From a virus (taxonomy: Duplodnaviria; Caudoviricetes): 32,455 bases of DNA. Both the position numbers and the translations under genes were made by a program. The notes beneath the pieces were generated by a model. That model saw only the letters and a list, made by a program, of their open reading frames with translations, did no database searches and was not told the DNA's origin. The stretch covers positions 1 to 32,455 of IMG/VR virus record IMGVR_UViG_3300030085_001831; one strand, given 5' to 3'. Positions 25,141 to 32,455 of the stretch are shown here, piece after piece. The stretch's first letter is position 1; each line of letters starts with the position of its first letter.

Positions 25141-28100
25141 TGAGCAATATTGATTGGAAGTTTATCTCTGACCGTGAGGGATCTCGTATTCTGTCAGGCT
25201 ATGTTCCTGATGCAAAGGGGTCTAAGTCTGGCGTTACCATCGCTACAGGCTTTGATCTTGGGGCAAGAAACCTTGCTGATCTCAAAGGATTGCCAAAGGC
25301 CATCATTGATAAGCTCAAGCCCTATCTTGGAATTAAAGGCGCACAGGCCCAAGAGGTGGCAAAGGATTTAAGTATTACTGATGCTGAAGCGCAGACAATC
25401 GATGAGTTTTCCAAAACAGAAGCTGTAGACAGACTGAAAGCAAAGTGGCAGGCAGCCACAGGTGAGTCTTTTGATGATCTGCCTAAGCACAAAGCTACTG
25501 TCGTTGCATCTGTTGCATTTCAGTATGGGGATCTTGAGAGCCAAACGCCTAACTTCTGGCGTCAGATAACCAAAGATGACTGGAATGCAGCAGAGAAGAA
25601 TCTGCGAAACTTTGGGGATAACTACAGTACAAGACGAAACCTTGAAGCAGATTACTTTATTAGCGGCTTGAGCGAGGAAGAACTCGCAGCAAAAAAAAAA
25701 TTTGAGCGAGAGTTAGCAAGGGATACTCAATACGGCATACAGGAAGCCATGATCTCTGGGGAAGAGGGTGGCCTTGGTTCTGCGCCTACTGGACCTCAAG
25801 AAGTAAGCCCAAGGGACATGTCCAATGAGCAGCTTGTTGATCTTGTTCAGTCTCAGATAGCTGACTCAAGAGCCGCTAGACTAGATCTTGATGAACAAGA
25901 CTTTGAGGTATCTGGCACCTCCCCTGCTGCCGATGATGTCGAGCTTCCTATAATCGAAGAGATATCAGATGAGTCTGCTGTCTTAGTTGACCCAGCTCCT
26001 ATTATTGCTGACTCCTCCACAACAAAAGCCAATGCGTCTTTGCCCACTCAAGAAGAGGTGACTAATAGCTACGGTATCGTTTTTGGAGATCAGAACCGTA
26101 AGTACGGGGAAAGAGTTCCATCTCAACTAACAGACCCAGAAGCATATGACTACTTCGTCTTCGATGAGTCTTTCTCAAATGTTTGGGGAACAGCATTCAA
26201 GCAAGGAAACTTTGCCCCCGCACTTGCAAAAATGCTGACAACAGAGAATTACAAAACAGTTGATGGTTATGATGCTCATCAAGATGCTGCTCTTGCAAAA
26301 AGAATGGGTGGTACAGATGGTCTTTGGCGCTTCAGGTTTTCCGGTAGCCCTGAAGAGTCGATGGCAATGGCTGATGAGATGGAAGAGGATGCACAGGACG
26401 CCCTTCTTCTTGCCAGCACATATTCTCAGAACGCCCAACTTATGGCTGGGCTTGCAACGCCTACTAGCTTAGCGCCTCTCGCTCCAATGAAGCTGCTGAA
26501 TGTTGCTAACAAGACAAGACGTTTTGTTGGCGGCACTGCTTACACATATGCTTTGATGGCACCGGAACAGATGCTGCTGGACAGCCAGAATACTCAAAGA
26601 GACGCAAGCCATAGCGCTGTCATGCTTACAGGACTTAGCCTTATAGGTGGGGGTTTGGCTTATAAGTTTGGCGGCAGGGGACTGTCCACCTCAACAGCGC
26701 TAACTCCTCCCAATCAAATATACCGTGCTGGTGGTGCTGGTGTTAGTCCTGAAAGAGCAAGGCAAGCTGCCTACGCTCAGATTGAGCAAGAGGGATTAGA
26801 AGCTACTGGCATAGGCATCGAAAAGCTGGGGTGGAACCCTGTGCTGCGTATGCTGCAAAGCCCGAATCCATATGTTCGCGGTCTTGCTGTAGGCATGGTC
26901 GATGTGGGCGGCATGATGCAGAAGAAGGTTCGTGGTCAACAGGAAGCCATGGATCAATCCGTAGAGACAACCTTTAGAACCACCTATCTCTCACGACTGC
27001 TCGATTCTGTCAGACACAGCGATGAAGCGTATCTTGCCTATAGGGGCAGATCCATCCCTCAGTCTGACTCTCGCCGTGCATTTGAGATGATGAAGATGAA
27101 TCTTGGCGATACGTTCCGTGGAACAACAGAGCTTACAGAAGTTCAGTTTCGCAACCGTGTTGGCATGGCAATGCGCCGTGGTGATGCTGACCAGATGAAT
27201 GACGCCGCAAGCTCCTATGTTACTCAGGCAGCTCGTGGTTATCGTGATGTCTTCAATTTTATCAGGGATCAAGCTCAGAGTGTCAGGCTGTTTGAAAAGC
27301 AGCTTGCAGCCGACATTGAAGCCGCAAGGATTGCTGGCAATCTTGATGAAGTGGCAAGGCTTGAGCAGCGCCTTACAAAGCTGCAAATGGAAGGCGTCAC
27401 TCCCAACACAGCGCCTTCCTATTTGCCCAGGATATATCGTGTAGACAAGATTATGGAGAATCCTGAGAGGTTCCTGTCGATAATTGAGAAATATGCAAGA
27501 ACGCAGCTTCGCATGGGTCAGAAAGAAGCCAAGCAGTTTGCCAATGACGTATTAGATACTGTTACTCACCAGCGCCCCTATCTGGATCTTGAGGGAGCAA
27601 CAGATGGTCTAGATTGGGTAAAACGTGCCAGTGGTGTTCAAGCAAGAACTCTTGAGATTGAAGATGAGCTGATCGAGGAGTTTCTTGAAAGTGATATCGA
27701 GACGTTGGTGCGTCACCATGTTAAGACGATGGGGATGGATATCGAAATTGCCAGACGCTATGGCGATGTAAATATGCAGTCTGTTCTTGACGATGTTGCC
27801 GAAGAGTACAAAACCCTTATGAAAGAAGCCCCCAATCCAGAAGCAAGGGCAGAACTTGCTAGGGCATTGGAGCGTGACATAAATGATATTAGGGGTTTGA
27901 GAGACAGGCTCCGTGGCACATACGGTGCATCGAAAGACCCCCATGCACTATCTAGCCGTGTTGTAAGAGTCATGAAGTCATTCAATGTTCTTTCTGGCAT
28001 GGGAAGCGCAATGGTTAGCTCTGTCCCTGACGTTGCTCGTATTGTCATGGTTGAGGGCCTGTCTAATGCTTATCGCAAGGGCTTTATGGCCCTGTTTGAT

Positions 28101-29123
28101 GAGCAAGCAGCAATCATTAGCAGGATGTCAAAGGAAGAGCTAAGCAAAGCCGCTGTCGGCGTAGATGCTACGCTTGGCCTTAGAGCGCATGCAATGTCTG
28201 ATGTTGGCGATCTGTTTGGATCTCGTTATGGGCTGGAGCGCGGCCTCAATAAAGCAACAGGCATGTTCTTCTTTTTCAATGGCCTTAACCTCTGGAACCA
28301 AGCCCTAAAGGAGATGGCTGGCAATGTGACCATGCTCCGCATGACTGAATCCATTATGAAGCCATGGAACAAGCTAAGCGCTGCTGATAAAGAAAAGCTG
28401 CTAAAGAACGGCATCGATCAGGCTGACTTCGGTCGAATGAAAGCTTTGATTAAAGAGCATGGCGAACAGATAAATGGTGAGTGGCTTCCAAATACAGATG
28501 CTTGGAATGATGCCACTATGCGTCTGAAGTTTAGAAACGCTCTAAACCAGAATGTAGAGAGGATTATCATTACGCCGGGTGCTGGTGATCGTGCATTGTG
28601 GACATCTACAGAGTTTGGATCACTGATGACACAGTTCAAGTCTTATGGTCAGGGCGCCATGGTTCGCATGGCTACTGCTGGCCTGCAAGAGAAAGACGGT
28701 GCTTTCTGGCAGGGCGCATTCCTGATTGTGGGGCTGGCAGCAATGATCAATGAGATTAAGAGAGTGCAGTACGGCATCGACAAGGAAGAGGACTTCGATC
28801 AGAAGCTAATCAATGCTGTAGACAGGTCTGGCATTCTTGGCTGGGCAATGGATGTAAACAATGCTGTTGAAAAGATTTCAGATCAGAAGATGGGAATGCG
28901 TCCATTCCTGACAGATCAGCCATCATATGTTATGCCAGAAGGCGCAAAAGCTGGGGCTGTATTTGGCCCAGCAGCCAGCAATGTAATGAATGTTGGCAGC
29001 ATTTTAGGTGATGTTGTGACTTTTAACGCAGACGCCCAAACCATGAGTGACCTTAGATTCTCCATGCCAACAGGCAACCTGTTCTATCTTGACCCAATTT
29101 ATGATGGAATCTTGGGTCAGTGA
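25140..29123 (+). CDS. Large internal virion protein (T7 gp16-like) with N-terminal pesticin-like muramidase domain
   Basis: ATG 25140 is coupled by TAATG; FISDREG...GYVP...SGVTIATGFDLG is the pesticin C-terminal lysozyme signature; C-terminal LMTQFKSY motif. Confidence 0.88.
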   Translation: MSNIDWKFISDREGSRILSGYVPDAKGSKSGVTIATGFDLGARNLADLKGLPKAIIDKLKPYLGIKGAQAQEVAKDLSITDAEAQTIDEFSKTEAVDRLKAKWQAATGESFDDLPKHKATVVASVAFQYGDLESQTPNFWRQITKDDWNAAEKNLRNFGDNYSTRRNLEADYFISGLSEEELAAKKKFERELARDTQYGIQEAMISGEEGGLGSAPTGPQEVSPRDMSNEQLVDLVQSQIADSRAARLDLDEQDFEVSGTSPAADDVELPIIEEISDESAVLVDPAPIIADSSTTKANASLPTQEEVTNSYGIVFGDQNRKYGERVPSQLTDPEAYDYFVFDESFSNVWGTAFKQGNFAPALAKMLTTENYKTVDGYDAHQDAALAKRMGGTDGLWRFRFSGSPEESMAMADEMEEDAQDALLLASTYSQNAQLMAGLATPTSLAPLAPMKLLNVANKTRRFVGGTAYTYALMAPEQMLLDSQNTQRDASHSAVMLTGLSLIGGGLAYKFGGRGLSTSTALTPPNQIYRAGGAGVSPERARQAAYAQIEQEGLEATGIGIEKLGWNPVLRMLQSPNPYVRGLAVGMVDVGGMMQKKVRGQQEAMDQSVETTFRTTYLSRLLDSVRHSDEAYLAYRGRSIPQSDSRRAFEMMKMNLGDTFRGTTELTEVQFRNRVGMAMRRGDADQMNDAASSYVTQAARGYRDVFNFIRDQAQSVRLFEKQLAADIEAARIAGNLDEVARLEQRLTKLQMEGVTPNTAPSYLPRIYRVDKIMENPERFLSIIEKYARTQLRMGQKEAKQFANDVLDTVTHQRPYLDLEGATDGLDWVKRASGVQARTLEIEDELIEEFLESDIETLVRHHVKTMGMDIEIARRYGDVNMQSVLDDVAEEYKTLMKEAPNPEARAELARALERDINDIRGLRDRLRGTYGASKDPHALSSRVVRVMKSFNVLSGMGSAMVSSVPDVARIVMVEGLSNAYRKGFMALFDEQAAIISRMSKEELSKAAVGVDATLGLRAHAMSDVGDLFGSRYGLERGLNKATGMFFFFNGLNLWNQALKEMAGNVTMLRMTESIMKPWNKLSAADKEKLLKNGIDQADFGRMKALIKEHGEQINGEWLPNTDAWNDATMRLKFRNALNQNVERIIITPGAGDRALWTSTEFGSLMTQFKSYGQGAMVRMATAGLQEKDGAFWQGAFLIVGLAAMINEIKRVQYGIDKEEDFDQKLINAVDRSGILGWAMDVNNAVEKISDQKMGMRPFLTDQPSYVMPEGAKAGAVFGPAASNVMNVGSILGDVVTFNADAQTMSDLRFSMPTGNLFYLDPIYDGILGQ

Positions 29124-29158
29124 TGTGAATTAACTAAAGCATGACAGGAAGGTATAAG
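29123..29158 (+). promoter_or_regulatory. Putative late promoter for the tail fibre gene
   Basis: ATGTGAATTAAC; TTAACT-N17-TATAAG, 5 nt before the ATG. Confidence 0.55.
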
Positions 29159-29163
29159 TAACT

Positions 29164-30867
29164 ATGGCTACGATTCAAATCGCTGATAATGATGCTCGTG
29201 TTCAGTACACCCAAGCGGTGACCGCTGACACGACCCAGCTTACCATTGACTTTCCTTTTTTCAGTCTTGATGACATCGAGGTTCGTGTTGTTGATGAAAA
29301 TGGGTTGTTGCATACACCATCTAGAGGAACAGGGGCTGATACATTTGCTGTTGTTGGCACCGCTGTAGATGATGGTTTTTCGGGCGGATATGTTACCCTT
29401 GGGGATACATACACAAGCTCTAGCACAAGTATTACTATCTTCAGAGATATAACGGCCGCCAGAACAACTGATTTTCCAACATCAGGCCCGTTTAATATCG
29501 CAGCTCTCAATACAGAGCTTGATAAAACTATGGCGCTCATTCAACAGAATGAGACTTCTGTTAATCGTGCATTGCGCCTTTCTGACGAAGACACATCTAC
29601 AAGCGCAACGCTTCCCACAGCAACAAATCGTTCAAACAAGTATCTTGGTTTTGACACTAACGGTAATCCCATTGCATCTGCTGGCACTGCTGACGGGACC
29701 CCAATCAATGCTGCAATGCAGGCATTTGTTCAGTCCTCAAATGTCACAGATGCAAGAGCTTTGCTGCTTGCTGGAAGCCAACTCACAATTCCAAGCGGTG
29801 GATTCGACACAACACTTCAATCCACAGGGGATATTCAAATAATCCCAGGCACCAATAATTATGTTGAAATACCTACTGATGGTCAAAGATACCTTACAGT
29901 TGGGGATATGCGTTTGAATGATAATGTTATCCGCACTCCTGCTGTTGGCACAGACATGCGTATTTCTAGTGGTGCTGATTTAATCTTTGGCGTTTCTGGC
30001 GCTGGTGGCACCGCACAAACAAGTGAAACGGCGGTTAACTTTTTTTCCTTTCATGGTGTAGGGGGAGATTATCCCTGCTCTATTGAACTTGTTGGAGGGA
30101 AAAGTGGTGGTTTTACAACTGTTGGGCAAATAGAGTTTGTTGATAGAGAAAATAATACTGGCTCGAAAACCTGTGCCTCTATCAAGGTAACTAATCCTAG
30201 CGGTGGCGCAAGTAATGCCACAGGTGGCAATATTGTATTTGGAACCCAGCCTACTGGTGGTGGTGGAGTAACAGATCATGTTACCATCAATAGCGATGGG
30301 CGACTCTCTGTAAACACTATTGAAAATGGAGAAATTTTCCTAGTTCAGAACACTCACAATGGAACGCTTGGTGCGCCAAGCGGCATGAGAATAGACTTTG
30401 CTTTAGACAATCCAGACAATAATTCCTCATTCTTTATCAAGGCTGAAGATTCCACCACCGCTAGATTTTATGTGTACTCTGATGGAGATGTTCAGAACCA
30501 CGATAACAGTTACAGCGGAATATCTGATAGCAAGCTGAAGCAACAGATTACTGATGCGTCTTCTCAATGGGATGACATCAAGGCGCTTCAGATCCGCAAG
30601 TTTAAATTTAATTCAGATGTTACTGATAAGGGCGATAGCGATAGCCTTTGGAGGCTTGGTGTTGTTGCTCAAGAAGTCGAATCTGCTGGAATGAATGGTT
30701 TGGTTTATTCATCTCCAGATGTTGATGATGACGGTAATGACCTTGGAACAGAAACAAAGGCTGTCAAATACAGCATCCTTTACATGAAGGCAGTAAAAGC
30801 CTTGCAAGAAGCAATCACCAAGATCGAGGCTCTAGAGGCTCGTGTAACAACTCTTGAGAATGCGTAG
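29164..30867 (+). CDS. Tail fibre with C-terminal peptidase S74 intramolecular chaperone
   Basis: T7-fibre-like N-terminus (FPFF...ITIFR...LNTELDK); SDSKLKQQI cleavage motif; terminal coiled coil. Confidence 0.9.
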   Translation: MATIQIADNDARVQYTQAVTADTTQLTIDFPFFSLDDIEVRVVDENGLLHTPSRGTGADTFAVVGTAVDDGFSGGYVTLGDTYTSSSTSITIFRDITAARTTDFPTSGPFNIAALNTELDKTMALIQQNETSVNRALRLSDEDTSTSATLPTATNRSNKYLGFDTNGNPIASAGTADGTPINAAMQAFVQSSNVTDARALLLAGSQLTIPSGGFDTTLQSTGDIQIIPGTNNYVEIPTDGQRYLTVGDMRLNDNVIRTPAVGTDMRISSGADLIFGVSGAGGTAQTSETAVNFFSFHGVGGDYPCSIELVGGKSGGFTTVGQIEFVDRENNTGSKTCASIKVTNPSGGASNATGGNIVFGTQPTGGGGVTDHVTINSDGRLSVNTIENGEIFLVQNTHNGTLGAPSGMRIDFALDNPDNNSSFFIKAEDSTTARFYVYSDGDVQNHDNSYSGISDSKLKQQITDASSQWDDIKALQIRKFKFNSDVTDKGDSDSLWRLGVVAQEVESAGMNGLVYSSPDVDDDGNDLGTETKAVKYSILYMKAVKALQEAITKIEALEARVTTLENA

Positions 30868-30876
30868 GAGTAAATC

Positions 30877-31194
30877 ATGACTGTAGCAGCAAGAGATTCT
30901 GTAAGAGAAGACCTGATTCAAGCCTTAGAGCTTGGAACAGTACAAACCATTAGCGTAGCAAGTAGCAGTGCGGCAACAAGCTCTGCAATGGCAAGTGGAT
31001 CAAGGGTTGTTCGTGTTGTTAGCACGACTGACTGTCATATCCTTTTTGCAGCAAGCCCCACAGCAACAACAAGCAGCACCTATCTCCCAGCTAATCAGGT
31101 TGAGTACTTCAAGGTGCCTGTCCCTGGCACATCAAAGCTGGCCGCTATCAGAGCCAACGCCGACGGAACCCTGTATGTAACCGAGATGGCCTAA
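30877..31194 (+). CDS. Small beta-rich structural protein (possible spike/fibre base)
   Basis: 105 aa; S/T/A/V-rich; AGGAG RBS; coupled to the next gene. Confidence 0.7.
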   Translation: MTVAARDSVREDLIQALELGTVQTISVASSSAATSSAMASGSRVVRVVSTTDCHILFAASPTATTSSTYLPANQVEYFKVPVPGTSKLAAIRANADGTLYVTEMA

Positions 31195-32455
31195 TGCTGA
31201 AAAACCCCGGACTACGCAAGAGCGTCGAGCAACCTGTCCTCGACCTGAACTTTGCCGCATCACAAATTGGCTCTAACGGTGCGCCTGATGGGCGTATGAA
31301 CGATTTCAATCGTGGCAGCAACGCGTGGTTCGTGGACTCTGATGGTCTGGTGAAGAAGTCGCCGCATAACTTGATACTGTCTAGTGAGACAATAGTTCAT
31401 GGCGCTTCTGGGTGGCTTGGAGCAGGGGCCAGTCTTGAGTCTAGCCCAGAATCTCCTGATGGAATTGATGGCTCTACAAAGGTTACTTGGAATGGGGTTG
31501 GCCAGCTTTACAATTTAGTTAGTGGCATTGTTGCGGGTCAGACATATCAGTTTAGCTACTATGTAAAGCTCGGTACAAAAATCAACAATCGCTATGCAGT
31601 TTATGACCATACAAATACTACTTTTATAATCACTTCTTCGATTACATCAGGTGTGTCTTCTTCTGAATGGACGCGAGTTAATTTTACAGTCACAGCGCCA
31701 TCAGGTTGCACACAGATACGTTTTTATCCTGATAGGGCTGAAAACAACAGCACTGAAACAGGAACGACCTTCATTACAGGCGTCCAAGTCAGCCAGCACA
31801 GCACCCTGCCTGTAGACAACCCCTATCTTAAAACCACTGGCAGCGCGGTGTATGCTGCACGGCTTGACCACGACCCGACTTGGTTTATGTCGGCGGCGCA
31901 AGAGCAGAACCTCCTGCAATACAGCGAGATGCTAGATGACAGCTATTGGAGCAAAACCCGCACCACTGTCACGGCAAACGCTTTAGAAGCGCCTGATGGA
32001 ACGGTTACCGCAGAGCTATTGTCAGAAGACACTAGCAGCAGCAATACTCACATTCTTAGACAAAGCACCCCTGCTGATGTTCCACAAACAGCAGGAAAAT
32101 CATATGTGTTTAGCGGTTATCTAAAAGCGGGTGGCCGTCATAGAGCAAGGATTAGATTCGAAAGTTCTGCTCATCAAGCACATGTCAATTTAATTGATGG
32201 CACAATCAATAACCTTGGTATGGATTCTGTTTCTTTGACCGACGAGGGAAATGGATGGTTCCGATTTGCTGGCGTACAAACAGCAGATGCAACAAACGAC
32301 CCTTTAATTCAAATAATGTTGATTGCAGATGACGGCTCGACCAACTACACAGGCGACGGCTCTAGCGGTGTTTATGTCTGGGGTTTGCAGCTAGAGGTCG
32401 GCACTAGCCCCAGCACCTACCACCGCACGGAGGGTGCGCCTTATTACGGCGAGGG
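31194..32455 (+). CDS. Spike/fibre protein with tandem carbohydrate-binding-like modules (3' truncated), not in the ORF track
   Basis: MLKNPGLRK...VLDLNFA; repeats NLILSSE / NLLQYSE...APDGT...VYVWGLQLEVGTSPSTY; frame appears open to the window end. Confidence 0.85.
   Translation, partial: MLKNPGLRKSVEQPVLDLNFAASQIGSNGAPDGRMNDFNRGSNAWFVDSDGLVKKSPHNLILSSETIVHGASGWLGAGASLESSPESPDGIDGSTKVTWNGVGQLYNLVSGIVAGQTYQFSYYVKLGTKINNRYAVYDHTNTTFIITSSITSGVSSSEWTRVNFTVTAPSGCTQIRFYPDRAENNSTETGTTFITGVQVSQHSTLPVDNPYLKTTGSAVYAARLDHDPTWFMSAAQEQNLLQYSEMLDDSYWSKTRTTVTANALEAPDGTVTAELLSEDTSSSNTHILRQSTPADVPQTAGKSYVFSGYLKAGGRHRARIRFESSAHQAHVNLIDGTINNLGMDSVSLTDEGNGWFRFAGVQTADATNDPLIQIMLIADDGSTNYTGDGSSGVYVWGLQLEVGTSPSTYHRTEGAPYYGE

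Larger units (their letters stand above)
1..32455. mobile_element. Tailed phage genome (podovirus-type, T7/BPP-1-like structural module), partial
   Basis: Colinear terS-terL-portal-scaffold-capsid-tail tubular A/B-internal virion proteins-tail fibre; no host housekeeping genes; dense TAATG/ATGA gene coupling. Confidence 0.97.

Noticed and set aside
29164-32455. Diversity-generating retroelement, suggested by the BPP-1-like head module
   Set aside because: No reverse transcriptase and no TR/VR repeat pair differing at adenines was seen in the window
1-32455. CRISPR array, rRNA, integrase/att site, stop-codon recoding
   Set aside because: No regularly spaced repeats or rRNA-like sequence, no recombinase motifs, and all core genes are intact in the standard code

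Overview
This is most of a tailed dsDNA phage genome with a podovirus-type (T7/BPP-1-like) virion module, probably from a marine alphaproteobacterial host (inference). Positions 1-1098 (+) are the end of a late operon with holin-like membrane proteins and no adjacent endolysin. Positions 1088-9688 (mostly -) are an early arm: Sak-type annealing protein, YqaJ exonuclease, SSB, a long plasmid-type ParB-domain protein, many small ORFs, and an inverted HTH + RuvC-like pair. Positions ~9700-10340 are a non-coding divergent junction that folds extensively. Positions 10342-end (+) encode terS, terL, portal, scaffold, capsid, two chains of tiny K/R-rich proteins, tail tubular A/B, three internal virion proteins (the largest starts with a pesticin-like muramidase), an S74-chaperone tail fibre and a truncated spike/fibre gene. 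No DNA polymerase, primase, helicase, RNA polymerase, integrase or Rep is recognisable. Main leads: (1) a ~255-nt fold-back plus satellite hairpins resembling a plasmid Frpo/ssi single-strand promoter/primer site, or a large ncRNA, upstream of a leading-region-like early arm; (2) an A10 slippery tract at the end of the muramidase domain, where either frameshift stops at once and would release a free ~188-aa endolysin; (3) a pseudoknot/switch in the ssb leader. All family assignments come from motif recognition by eye; no database searches were run.
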